A stretch of DNA of 64,000 nucleotides, from NCBI GenBank assembly GCA_951406725.2, contig OX597816.1, positions 83,328,001 to 83,392,000 of the forward strand, given 5' to 3'. This DNA comes from Octopus vulgaris (lineage: Eukaryota). This document shows positions 26,380-38,910 of the stretch, piece after piece. The notes under the pieces are model-generated. The model was not told the origin of the DNA, made no database searches, and worked only from the letters and a program-made list of their open reading frames with translations. Numbering within the stretch: the first letter of the stretch is position 1; each line of letters starts with the position of its first letter. The position numbers and the translations under genes were made by a program.

Positions 26380-26572
26380 GTTGAAATTTATACAAAAACA
26401 AGAGATAAAACAGGTGTATGAACAACAAGCAAGTGAATTATTTTGACGCTCGGGTAAAATGAAAAAGTCTTTTACGTTTCGATCCTATGCTATTTAATAG
26501 AAAGGAATAAGAGGAATTAAACACAGAGGTAATGAAACAAACGTGTAGAGTTCAGCGGTCCAGCATGGCGAA
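26380..26572 (-). mobile_element. (TA)n-anchored Penelope-like pLTR fragment, family X2, degraded hammerhead at 26468-26505
   Basis: Homologous to 42770-42955, 33900-34105 and 63258-63470. Confidence 0.6.
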
Positions 26573-26789
26573 TATATGTATAATTTCAATTAAATTGGGA
26601 AATACTAGTAATATGTTTGTGAGTTTTCCTTTTTTCAATTGTGCAAACGCAGTCAGACTTTTGCAAATAGATATTTAACGTTCCCTCCAACTTCACCTGA
26701 AGTCATAATCACATCTGTCGTTCAGGCTACTTAAATCAATAAGATAAACAACTACGTCTTCTGCTTGTTTGTGCCTTTGGTATATTACT

Positions 26790-27007
26790 CTTTTACTCTA
26801 TTAATTGTTTCATTCATTTGACTTCGGCCATGCTGGAGCACCGCCTATAGTCGAGCAAATCGACCCCGGGACTTATTCTTTGTAAGCCCAGTACTTATTC
26901 TATCGGTCTCTTTTGCCGAACCGCTAAGTGACGGGGACGTAAACACACCAGCATCGGTTGTTAAGCAATGCTAGGGGGACAAACACACACACACAACACA
27001 CACACAT

Positions 27008-27054
<47 letters not shown>

Positions 27055-27217
27055 TACGACAGGCTTCTTTCAGTTTCCGTCTACCACATCCACTCACAAG
27101 GCATTGGTCGGCCCGGGGCTACAGCAGAAAACACTTGCCCAAGATGCCACGCAGTGGGACTGAACCCGGAACCATGTCGTTGGTTAGCAAGCTACTTACC
27201 ACACAGCCACTCCTGCG

Positions 27218-27220
<3 letters not shown>
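26790..27220 (-). mobile_element. SINE group A copy (well preserved)
   Basis: Full head GGCGCAGGAGTGGCTGTGTGGTAAG on the minus strand through to the tail GGTGCTCCAGCATGGCCG. Confidence 0.85.
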
Positions 27221-27261
<41 letters not shown>

Positions 27262-27287
27262 TATATACATACATGCATATACACACG

Positions 27288-27340
<53 letters not shown>

Positions 27341-27344
<4 letters not shown>

Positions 27345-27620
27345 ATACTACATTCAGAAATTCTGTCAGTGGGTGTGTTTGCAGAGTTGTTAGCTAACTC
27401 CCCCTACATCGTTTTATCGATTTTAATGAAACTTGACACGTAGGTAGAACTCATGTTTAGAAACCTCATGTCATACTAAGATTGTTGAAAAAAATTCGAT
27501 AATAGTGCCCCTGGAAGGGATCCTTATATATATCTGATATATTTTATTTTAAAATCCAAGGGAAATAACGAATTCTCCCTTGTAAGGGATCCTCATATAT
27601 AGCTAAGGGAAATAACCCAT
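27341..27620 (+). mobile_element. Helitron-like 5' fragment
   Basis: Starts A|TCTATACT..., contains CGATTTTAATGAAACTTGACAC and AAGGGAAATAAC motifs related to 25741-26110. Confidence 0.45.
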
Positions 27621-28051
27621 TCATTTTCCTAAATTATTTGGTGAAAATGAAACTGAGTATGCTTATTTCTTAGTATTTGAACTGTTATACTTATTTTCAC
27701 AATTTATCCAGTACAACGCTTAAACAAGTAGAAAGTATTTTTCTAAACAATAGATCCACTTATTTCGGTAAGTGACTTATTCACGAATATACCAGCACTA
27801 GCGCACCTGAGGGTAATATTCTCTTGGAATGCACAAAAGTCCTTTTCAGAGATATTTACTTTGAATTGTTATTATCACATATCTGATTACTCTGTTATTA
27901 CGTATCATGCTTCACGATTTTAGTATACATACCTTATTAGTATTTCCTTCTATGTTCTATATACTCTGGGAATGCATTAACGAAACAATTATGAGAATAG
28001 AACCAAGGGATAAGCCCCACTTTCCCGGGAATTACCGGGAACGTCAGCTAG

Positions 28052-28093
<42 letters not shown>

Positions 28094-28259
28094 CATGTGT
28101 GTGTGTGTTTGTGTGTTTGTGTGTTTTTGTACTTTAAAACCAACAGTCGTGGCATAGTGTTTGGAAGGTTTTATTTTATCAAAGATTGAAGTTAAGTCAG
28201 TGTTGACAAATTGTCTAATTATTTCTTCCTTGATATCGCTTAGTATAAAAGCACATGTA

Positions 28260-28321
<62 letters not shown>

Positions 28322-28384
28322 ACATAGACGTATGCAATATATATATATATATATATATGCATACGTATATATATATATATATAA

Positions 28385-28494
28385 GGCCTGCTCGCTTAGC
28401 CAGCAGGGTGGCGTCATTCGAAGGCTAAAACAATGCGAACGCATTGTGACCAGCGATGTGTAACTACGTCTAATGGACTGGTCGATCACGTGAT

Positions 28495-28500
<6 letters not shown>
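28385..28500 (+). mobile_element. Isolated SINE tail type A between (TA)n tracts
   Basis: GGCCTGCTCGCTTAGCCA...GGTCGATCACGTGAT matches 3058-3178. Confidence 0.75.
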
Positions 28501-28552
<52 letters not shown>

Positions 28553-28562
28553 ATGTATATAT

Positions 28563-28870
28563 AGGCGGGGCTGTGTGGTAAGAAGTTTGCTTCCCAACCA
28601 TATGATCCCGGTTTCAGTCCTACTGGCACCTTGGGCATGTGTCTTCTTCTATAGCATCGAGCCGACCAAAGACTCGTGAGTGTTTGTTCTCCCACCATCG
28701 CTTGACAACCGATGTTGGTGCGTTTACGTCTCCGTAACGGTTCAGCAGAAGTGACCGTTAGAATAAGTACTAGGCTTACAAAGAATAAGTCCTGAGATCG
28801 ATTTGTTCGACTAAAAAGCGCTGCACCAGCATAGCCGCAGTGAAATAACTGAAACAAGGAAAGAAATAAA
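28563..28870 (+). mobile_element. SINE group A copy (internal deletion)
   Basis: GGCTGTGTGGTAAGAAG head, ACCTTGGGCA core, CCAGCATAGCCGCAG..CTGAAAC tail. Confidence 0.8.
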
Positions 28871-28873
28871 AGA

Positions 28874-28942
<69 letters not shown>

Positions 28943-29660
28943 CACACATACATAGGTATAAAAATGTATACACACACATTCACACATACTAACACGTACG
29001 TATATATATAGATTTAACCTGCACTACGGATACAATATGTTTCTAAAAATTTTACAGCCATGTGGAATTCCGTAACGAGAAATCTGTTACACACTGCCTT
29101 CCATGTAACGTAGAAGTCTGTATCGTCAACGAAAATATGATTCTCGTTACGGAATATTGTCTTAGAAACACAACGTTTCCATAACGAAGGAGGTGCCTGT
29201 ATATATACAATTATGTATGCGCGTGTATGCATCTGTGTGTGTGTGTGTGGGGGGGCGTGCATACGTATGTATGTATCTCTATATATATGTATGTGCGCAC
29301 GTGTTTGTGCACGTCGATGAGTGTTGTATGTGTTCACGTGTATGTATTTGGGTAAGTGTATATAAACTTTATAGATATACAGTTACACAGTGTTGATATG
29401 TCCATATTCTTTGCACGCTTTGTAGATAGAATTCTAGATATAATTGTTAGAGTATGTTTATATATGTCTGTCTACTACTCTGTCTAGCTACCGTGATAGA
29501 TATACTCGTACAATGTACATACATATATACATATATGCGTACAAATATACGTACTTATTTTATATATATATACATATATACATACATTTATACGGACACA
29601 AACACATATATTTGCATTTGTAAGTAAACACACGTGTATATAAATGTATGTATACATACA

Positions 29661-29692
<32 letters not shown>

Positions 29693-29698
<6 letters not shown>

Positions 29699-29995
29699 AA
29701 TCCAAACGGGAAAACAGAAAAAACAACAACACGTGGAACAATTACAGTATTATTATTAATAGGCGCTCAGGAAAGATGGAAGCAGGAAGGTATGACGTTT
29801 CGAGCGGAGCTCTTCGTCGGAAACATAAAGAAGGAAGAGAGAGGAAAGAAAGATCCCAAAGTGGGCAACAAGAGATGGAGAAAAAAAACGACTGGTGTTT
29901 ACGAAGTACACATGGTGAAAGGCGGAAGTTTACGATAACAAGAGCAAAGTAGGTTTTTAAAGCCAAAAGAGTGGAGACAGGGTTGGTAACGCAAC
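29693..29995 (-). mobile_element. (TA)n-anchored Penelope-like pLTR fragment, family X1, hammerhead-like motif at 29790-29824
   Basis: Minus strand GUUU-CCGACGA-aGAG-cuccg-CUC-GAAA-CG-UC-AUAC. Homologous to 31985-32275 and 41003-41215. Confidence 0.65.
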
Positions 29996-30053
29996 AGATG
30001 TGTGTGTATGTGTGAGTGTGTGCGTGTGCGTGTGTGTATGTGTGATATATATA

Positions 30054-30089
<36 letters not shown>

Positions 30090-30307
30090 TGTATGCATAT
30101 ATATCGTCTGTAAAAAACATAAATCCGAAAGAAGAAGCACACTCTAAGATGAGGAAGGCCGATTAATGGGAATGCCTTAGATTAGGGTCTAGCTTTATGG
30201 TGATTCTCCAGGTCCCGGTCCAAGACTCTTAAAAATATGGAGAAGGAAATCTATACAGGCACAAAATACATATAGTCGTATTCATAAGTAAGCACACACG
30301 CATGTAA

Positions 30308-30339
<32 letters not shown>

Positions 30340-30531
30340 ATGTATATATATATGAATGCACTCACATTCACTCACGCATGCACATACAAACACACATACA
30401 CTCATACATGTATATATATATACATACATACATACATATATAGATATTCATGTATATTTATTAATTTATTTATACGGGCTCAAAGACATATTTCTATTTA
30501 TAAGTAAACACACATGTATGTAAATATATCC

Positions 30532-30565
<34 letters not shown>

Positions 30566-30871
30566 ATGTTTATATATATATATGCATATATATATATATA
30601 TATGCATGTATGTATATGTTTATATATATATATGTGTGTGTATATATATATATATACACATATATATGAATGCACTCTCATTCACTCACGCGTGCACCCA
30701 CACACACACACATGTATATAGAGAGTGATGTATTCATAAATGCAGTAATAAAAACGTGCTTAGATATTTAATATATGCGTGCGCGGGTAGTTTATACATA
30801 TATATATATATATGCGTGTGTATGTATGCAATTATTAACATACATGTACATACACACAACCATCCATCCAT

Positions 30872-30919
<48 letters not shown>

Positions 30920-31204
30920 AGTTCCTAATGGAATACAAGACGTGATATTCTAGAACAATGACCGATTCCTCACGTATCTTAATGCCAGCCATTTGTGTGG
31001 TCTCGCAGGTGGCATTTAAATAAATATTAGTCAAATGAAGACCTACGTGGTCATTTTGTCATATATTATACGAAGATTATTAACTATTACCACTAAACGC
31101 TCTCTTCCATCTGCTTTAACTCACATAGGTGTACACGTGCGCACATATATAGATAAAAACGAACGTTCAATGTTTATGTATAGGCGTGTTTATATTGCCT
31201 ACGT

Positions 31205-31510
31205 GAGGGTGCGTAGCTTAGTGGTTAGGGTATTCGACTCCCGATCGTAAGTCATGGGTTCCGTTTCCTGTAGCTAGTCACTTTATTTCACGTTGCTCGA
31301 GTCCACTCAGATGTCAAAAATGAGTTGTGCATATATTTCAAATGTCCAGCCTTGTCACATTATGCGTCGCGCTAAATCTCCCTGAGTATTATGTTAAGGC
31401 TACGCGTGTTCGTGGAGTGCTCAGCCACTTGTACATTAATTTCATAAGCAAGATGTTCCGTTTATCGGATCAACTGGAACCCTCCTCGTCGTAACCGATG
31501 GAGAGCCAGT
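31205..31510 (+). mobile_element. SINE group B head with tail type B
   Basis: AGCTTAGTGGTTAGGG head, CACTTTATTTCACGTTGCTC core, tail GTGGAGTGCTCAGCCACTT...GGATCAACTGGAACCCTC shared with 34130-34300(-). Confidence 0.75.
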
Positions 31511-31549
31511 CCTTTTCTTTATGTTGCTATCAGTATACAGGGCCAGATA

Positions 31550-31815
31550 GTGCAACATGTTGAGTTTCAAGGAACCTTAGCTCTTCACTATTCTCCCCAA
31601 GAGACCTACATGGGGTGGGTGTAGGTATTTCAAAGAAAAACTGGCTCTCCTCTTGTCAAGAGTTCCGGATGAACCTACCTTTCGACATGAAACTCAGATG
31701 AGGGCAACAACATCAAACTCGCTCATTAACCAAAAGCCATATTTCAAGTAGGGAAAATGTAGCAAAGCTAACGGTGGTGTCACAGCATGGCCGCAGCTTT
31801 CGAGCTGAAACTAGT
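31550..31815 (+). mobile_element. CR1/L2-group LINE 3' end, degraded
   Basis: Similar to the C-terminus (...LSRVPDEP...SNSL) and 3' tail CAGCATGGCCGCAGC..GAGCTGAAAC of the LINE at 35640-37119. Confidence 0.75.
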
Positions 31816-31984
31816 AAATTAAAAATTCATTGCGACTGCTATGTCGACCACCTTTCGCCCTACGTACACACACTTACACACAGACGCACGCACTAACATA
31901 TACATATTTTTTTATCTCGCCTTACACACACATACACACACGCACACGTACACACTCACACATACACATTATTCTTCCCAATCA

Positions 31985-32270
31985 TCGAGTTGTTACCAAC
32001 CTTCTTTTTTCCGCTCTCCTGTCTTTAAAAACCTGCCCCTGTTGTCCAAAACTTCCGGCCTTTCAGCATGTTTACTTCGTAAAAACCAGTCGCGTTGTTT
32101 TCCCTCTGTTCGCCCGCCTCGGGATCTTTCTTTCTCTTATGTTTCCGACGAAGAGCTCCGCTCGAAACGTTATACCCTCCTTCTTCCCTTTTTCCTGAGC
32201 GCCTAATAATAATACTTTAATTGTTCCACCTCCTTGTGTTGTTGTTTTTTCTGTTTTCTCGTTTGGATTA

Positions 32271-32275
<5 letters not shown>
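31985..32275 (+). mobile_element. (TA)n-anchored Penelope-like pLTR fragment, family X1, hammerhead-like motif at 32141-32175
   Basis: GUUU-CCGACGA-aGAG-cuccg-CUC-GAAA-CG-UU-AUAC. The 3' end runs directly into (TA)n. Confidence 0.65.
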
Positions 32276-32347
<72 letters not shown>

Positions 32348-32479
32348 ATGTATGTATATATATATGTATACTTATATACAAGATCCCCACCGTGATCTTT
32401 CTTATTTTCTCAGTCTGGAGTGTTTCACCTCACCACTTCAGTACATGCCTTTGTCCCAGTTGTTGGCCCATTTTGTGTA

Positions 32480-33215
32480 TAAGTGAGTTTGGTTCTGCTT
32501 CCTTCGGTTGCACCTCGTGTGGGATTGTTGGTTCATCCGGTATTACGGAGAAGAGGATGTCTAGTTCCATTTTAAAGACATCTACTTCCACCTTATGCAG
32601 ATTACTCAATTTTTGTGGCAGGGCATTGAATAGCTGTGGGCCATTGAACCCTAAACTATTGCAGTATCTGGACCTGAATTTTGAAGAAGTGGATGGTACC
32701 CTTGGTACAATCCAATGGCGGCCAGTTCTAGTATTTATATAACACTCAATGCCGAAAATTAGGTACTAGCCATTCTGCAGTTTTCCTTGTGCAGATTATT
32801 GCATATCTGTCGCGCATTCACTCCGGGTAGCAGAGTTGCAGTTTTCTCAGCCTATTTCTGTAACTCTGCGCTTCAAGCTCCGCTGTTAGCTTGATACTAT
32901 GTGGTGACTATAACTGGGAACAATAGTCCAGGAAGCCGAGGACAAAGGTTCTCTACTGGGCCAACATAGTTTCTTGGTCCCTTGTCTTCAAGGGCCTCAG
33001 CACCCAACCTGCTGGTATTCTGCACTTTGCTGCCATCTTAGTAATGTTCATATAAAATAATGCGTCATTGCACATACTGAGCCCCAAGTCTTTCACTGCC
33101 TTTGATTCTGGGATTGAAGTGACTTCGGGTCCTCTATACGCAGGCTGTACTGTATTAGTGAGTTGATAGTGCAGTGCTTCAAATTTTCCAGCATTAAACT
33201 GCATGTTGTTTATAT
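32480..33215 (-). pseudogene. CR1/L2-group LINE RT C-terminal relic
   Basis: ORF 32953-33258 NNMQFNAGKFEALHY...VKDLG...GWVLRPLKTRDQETML aligns by eye with the RT at 35860-37044. Confidence 0.85.
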
Positions 33216-33249
33216 ATATAATCTTCTCTCTTCGCTCTTTCACGCCATT

Positions 33250-33680
33250 TGGTCTCAACTCTCCCCCCTTTTCATCTACTCCTACTTCTCTTCAGTCCTT
33301 CATCTTTTCACCCCTACTCTCTTTCCCTCCTTTCCTTTCTTCCCTCTTCTTCTTTCTTCTTCCCCCTCTCTCTTTCTTTCTTTCTGCTCCCTCACTCCCT
33401 TCCTCTTCCCCTCCTCCTCCTCTCCCTCTCCCCTCCTTTCCCCTCATCTTCCTCTCCCTCTCCCCTCCTCTCCTTCTCCCCTCCCTTCTCCTCCCCTTCT
33501 CCTTCCCTTCTCCTCCCCTTCCTCTTTCTTCTCCTCCTCTCTTTCTTTCTCCTCCCCTCCTCCTTCTCTTCTTCTCCTCCTCTCCTTCCTTCTCCTCTCT
33601 CTCGTCCTCCTCCCCTCTTCCCCTCATCTCCCCTCTCCCTTCCACCCCCTCATCTCATCTCCCCTCCCACTCTCCCCCAC
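33250..33680. repeat. Polypyrimidine (C/T) low-complexity tract
   Basis: About 430 bp almost purely C/T. Confidence 0.9.
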
Positions 33681-33899
33681 ACCACACTACACTACACCAT
33701 ACGACGTTACACATCACATCATACATACATACACACGTCCAAACCACCAGCCCTCTTCCACATACACATACATACTCTCTTATGCACACACGCACCTTCA
33801 GGTTGGAGCGAGGTCACTTGACCCTGTTATCTCCGCTACTATCCCTCTAGTGTCTAACGTCTGACCTCTAACGTTTGACCTCCGATCTCTGACTTCTGA

Positions 33900-34105
33900 A
33901 ATCAGAACGCCATGTTGAATCGTTAGCCCATACACGCAATTTTTTTCTCTCCTTGTTTCTTTTCTGTGTATCTTTCTGTCGAAAAGCGTAGGCTCGAAAC
34001 GTAAAAGACTTGTTTTCTTTCTATTCCTGAGCGCCATACTAATACATTATTTGTTTGTACTCCACCTGCCTTCGTCTTTTGTTTATTTTCATAAACCTTC
34101 CCGTT
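33900..34105 (+). mobile_element. (TA)n-anchored Penelope-like pLTR fragment, family X2, hammerhead-like motif at 33971-34008
   Basis: UCUUU-CUGUCGA-aaAGC-guag-GCUc-GAAA-CG-UA-AAAGA. Near-identical to 63258-63470. Confidence 0.65.
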
Positions 34106-34129
34106 ATATATATATATATATATATAAGG

Positions 34130-34493
34130 AAGCACTCCGTCGGCTACGACGACGAGGGTTCCGGTTGATCCGAATCAACGGAATAGCCTGCTCGTGAAAT
34201 TAACGTGTAAGTGGCTGAGCACTCCACAGACACGTGTACCCATAACGTAGTTCTCGGGGATATTCAGCGTGACACAGAGAGTGACAAAGCCGGCCCCTTG
34301 AAATACAGGTACAATAGAAACAGGAAGTAAGAGTGAGAGAAAGTTGTGGTGAAAGAGTACAGCAGGGATCACCACCATCCCCTGCCGGAGCCTCGTTGAG
34401 CTTTAGGTGTTTTCGCTCAATAAACACTCACAACGCCCGGTCTGGGAATCGAAACCGCGAGTCCGCTGCCCTAACCACTGGGCCATTGCACCT

Positions 34494-34495
<2 letters not shown>
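34130..34495 (-). mobile_element. tRNA-Arg(TCG)-headed SINE, tail type B
   Basis: Head as in 2868-3050, tail as in 31330-31510. Confidence 0.85.
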
Positions 34496-34548
<53 letters not shown>

Positions 34549-34566
34549 CGTATGTGTGTGTTTGTG

Positions 34567-34605
<39 letters not shown>

Positions 34606-35639
34606 ATACGTATATACAAGCGTGTATGGATATGTGTGTCTGTGCGTCTGTGTATACATATAAAGAAATATATGTGCATTCCCTCAAGAAATATTGAGAA
34701 TACTTAAACATACTTGATTGCATGGATCGTTCATCTAATTTCTGTTTTTGTTTAGCCTAAGCAAATAAAAATACACGAAACAAAACAAAGGTAAAGAAGA
34801 CAGTAAATATAAAACACATTCTAAAAAACTTACCCCCCAACAAGAATAAATATGAGATGACTATAAATTTACTTATTTACAAAACAATGAGAACAAACCA
34901 CTAAATATGATGAACGAAATATTAATTGTAAATTGTTAAGTAAATGCAAAGTAAATTATATACTTTTCTCGGAAAGATAAAGTAAAACCAATCAAGGAAA
35001 CAACAAATTATCGATTCAGTTCAAAATTCATAATAGTATACAAGATTATTAGAAAACAACATTTCTTGGAATAGTAATTTACTCAAGATATATTTCTGAT
35101 GAATTTTCTTTTATTTTCTTCTCTTTTTCGTTTTCTACATTGATATGTTTGTCTTTCTCTCGATCAATGTGTATACACACATACAAATCAAAAACACAAA
35201 CACTCACACACACACGCGCGCGCACACACACATATTTATATATATAAAACTGAGAATGTCTGTCTGTGCGTCTGTATGCTTGCGTCCCTAAAACTCGAGC
35301 ACTACCCAACCGATTTCATTCAAATTTTTGCATGCTACACTTAGGGTCAATGCAGTGTCGTGGGCCAAACAAATTTCATCTCCTTCTTAATGCGATTCTG
35401 GAACAATGTCTTATCTCATACACTATTTCAATATTACGTACCAAAAGTGAAACAATAGCATCACTATTTTAATGTGAGATAATACTTTCACTGTCCATAA
35501 TAAAACTATTAAATGTGAAACTATTATCTCGCCAGCATATATACATGCATATGTATGCATGTATGTATGTATGTATGTATGTATGTATGTATGTATGTAT
35601 GTATGTATGTATGTATGTATGTTTATGTTTATGTTTTCC

Positions 35640-37119
35640 AGTTTCAGCTCTTGAGCCGTGGCCATGCTGGGGCACCGCCATTTGGTGTTGCTACATGATT
35701 TTACCTCACGAATGCCTTTTAGCAACTGGTGCATGAGAGAGTTCGATGCAGCTGCCCTCATCTGCACCTCCTGCCGTGAAGTTGGTTCATCCTGGACACC
35801 TGACAGGAAGAGATCCAGTCCTACTTTAAAGACATCCGCATCCACCCCATGCAGGTCCCTCAGGTTCTTCGGGAGGATATTGAAGAGCTGTGCGCCTCTG
35901 AAGCCCAGGCTATCACAGTATCTTGTCCTACATCTTGATGGCAAATTTGGAGTCCTTGGCACCACGCAGTGGCGCCCAGTTCTGGCATTTGTGTAACTTC
36001 GATGCCAAAGTTTGGGACAATTCCTTCCAGGATCTTCCAGATGTATATTATGGCATATCTTTCTCGCCTACGCTCCAAGGAATAGAGTCTTAATCTCTTG
36101 AGTCTTTCCCAGTATCTTATATGCTGCACAGAGGCTATCTTCTTCGTGTAGCTTCGTTGGATCGCCTCAAGTTCTGTGATCAGCTTGACACTGGATGGTG
36201 ACCATAGCTGAGAGCAATAGTCAAAGTGGCTTAGGACAAGTGTCTTCCAGAGGACCATAATGGTTTCTTGTTCTCTTGTTCTAAAGGTTCTAAGAATCCA
36301 TCCTGCCAGCCGTTTACATTTCATTGCCAGTTTAGCAACATGTACATGAAAGGTTGCGTCATCGCTCATGTAAATACCCAGGTCACGCACTGATTGTGCC
36401 TCTGGGATTGCGATCCCTCCGGGTCCAGTGTATTCATTGGGTGTTGCATTCAGTTTTGCATGCTGATAGCATAAAGCTGGAAAATGTTCAGCATTGAACT
36501 GCATGCTATTCTTTTCAGCCCACTTGTATATTTTGTCCAGCTCACATTGCAGGTGCTTAGTGTCTTCAGGGTTCTGTATTGCCTGTGAAACTTTTGTATC
36601 ATCTGCATAACTTGTGATCGTGGCTCTCTGCGTGGCTGAGGGCATGTCTGAGAGGGCCATTATGAACAGTAGTGGTCCCAAAACAGTGCCTTGCGGAACA
36701 CCGCTCACTATTTGTGTGTTAATGGAAGCGGTCCCATTGGCTACTACCACCTGACTTCTATCCTTCAGAAAGTCATGAAGCCATTCTCCCAATTTTCCAA
36801 CTATGCTAAGATCACGCAGTTTGTGACATATCATTCCATGATCAACTTTATCAAAGGCCTTTGCAAAGTCGAGATATATCACTTCCACATTTGAGTGGTT
36901 GAGCAGTCGTTTCAGCACCCAATCATAGTGTTGTAGGAGCTGAGTTAAGCAGCTTCTTCCTGGTCGGAAACCATGTTGGGTGTCAGGCAGCAAGTCATTT
37001 TCTTCAAGGAAGGTGATTAGTTTCCTTCTGACTATTCGTTCCATGACCTTGCTGATGTGAGAGGTCAGAGAGATAGGTCTGTAGTTCTTGGCCTACGCTC
37101 TCCTACCTCCTTTATGTAC
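35640..37119 (-). pseudogene. 5'-truncated CR1/L2-group LINE: reverse transcriptase and 3' UTR
   Basis: [52 protein letters not shown] and LYSLERRRERY motifs. A 1-nt frameshift near 36000 (relative to the copy at 38520) shifts the C-terminus into ORF 35423-35965. Ends in a (TACA)n tail. Confidence 0.95.
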
Positions 37120-37522
37120 GTATGTATATATATATATACATATATATATATACATATATATATATGTACATATATATATATGAATACACATTATGTATAT
37201 ATATGCATGTCTATATGTCCATATACATCTGCACATATATTTGTATGTATATATGTATATATATATATATAAATGTATATGTATAGATGTATATGTATAT
37301 ATATGTGTATATATATATATGTATATATATGTATATATATGTATATATACATATATGTATGCATGTATATATGTATATATATATATGCATATACATATAT
37401 GTATATATATATATGCATATATATATATGTATATATAGATATATATGTATAGACGTATATGTATATAGATTTATATGTATAATTATGTACATATGTGTGT
37501 AAATATATGTGTATATATATAT

Positions 37523-37566
<44 letters not shown>

Positions 37567-37597
37567 GTGTGTGTGTGTACATATATATGTACGTATA

Positions 37598-37629
<32 letters not shown>

Positions 37630-38130
37630 AATGTATATTTATATATGTATTTTATTGGTGTATATGCATATTTATGTGTATATATGTATACGTACTTATA
37701 TATATAAATATATACATATATATGTATATATATATGTATTTATATATATATATATATATATGTATAGATGCGTATATAAATATATATGCATATTTATATG
37801 TATATATACATATATATACGTATACATACATATATATATGTATAAAAATATACATATATATGTATATATACATTATATATATGTGTATATATACATATAT
37901 ATATGTGCATATATGCATATGTTTATATGTATATATGCATATGTGTATAGATATATGTATTGTGTATAGATATACACATATGCATATATGCATATAAACA
38001 TATGCATATATGCACATATATATATATGTATATATATATACATATATATAATGTATATATACATGTACATATATAAGCATGTATATATATAGGTACATGT
38101 ATATATATATATATTTTTATTTATTTATTT
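37120..38130. repeat. About 1 kb of degenerate (TA)n/(TATG)n microsatellite
   Basis: Direct reading of the sequence. Confidence 0.95.
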
Positions 38131-38154
38131 ATTTTATTTGTTTTTTTATTTATC

Positions 38155-38690
38155 TAGTTTCAGTTCACGAGCTATGGCCATCCTGGGGCACCGCCATTTG
38201 GTGTTGCTACATGATTTTACTTCACGAATGCTTTTTAGCAATTGCCATTTGGTGTATGAGAGAGTTCGATGCAACTGGACTCATCTGCACCTCCTGCCGT
38301 GAAATTGGTTCATCTGGGACACCTGACAAGACGAGATCCAGTTTTATTTTAAAGACATCTGCATCCACCCCATGCCGGTCTCTCAGGTTCTTCGGGAGGA
38401 TATTGAAGAGCTGTGCGCCTCTGAAGCCCAGGCTATCACAGTGTCTTGTCCTACATATTGATGGCAAATTTGGAGCCCTTGGCATTATGCAGCGGCGCCC
38501 AGTTCTGACATTTGTGTAACTTTCGATGCCAAAGTTTGGGACAGGTCCTTCTAGGATCTTCCAGATGTATATTATGGCATATCTTTCTCGCCTACGCTCC
38601 AAGGAATAGAGTCTTAATCTCTTTAGTCTTTCCTAGTAGCTTATATGCTGCACAGAGGCTATCTTCTTCGTGTAGCTTCGTTGGATCGAA
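38155..38690 (-). mobile_element. Second 3' fragment of the same LINE family
   Basis: ORF 38222-38602 ERRRERYAIIYIWKILEG...DEP...SNSL is highly similar to 35640-36165. Confidence 0.9.
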
Positions 38691-38704
38691 GCACATATAC
38701 ATAT

Positions 38705-38910
38705 ATGTCGCAGGTGAGATGCAAGATGCAGGAGGAGTGAGAGAAAGTTGTGGCGAAAGAGTCAGCAGAAGTTCGACATTACCTTCTGCCGGAGCCGCGT
38801 GGAGCTTAGGTTTTTCGCTCATAAACACACACATCGCCCGGTCTGAGATTCGAACCCGCGATCTCTCGACTGCGAGTCCGCTGCTCTAACCACTAGGCCA
38901 TGTACCTCCA
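38705..38910 (-). mobile_element. tRNA-Arg(TCG)-headed SINE, short variant
   Basis: Minus strand TGGCCTAGTGGTTAGAGCAGCGGACTCGCAGTC...GGGTTCGAATCTC...CTTTCGCCACAACTTTCTCTCACTC. Confidence 0.8.

Noticed and set aside
33163-33864. Overlapping Pro/Ser/Leu-rich ORFs of about 200 aa
   Set aside because: A polypyrimidine tract lacks stop codons in all frames.
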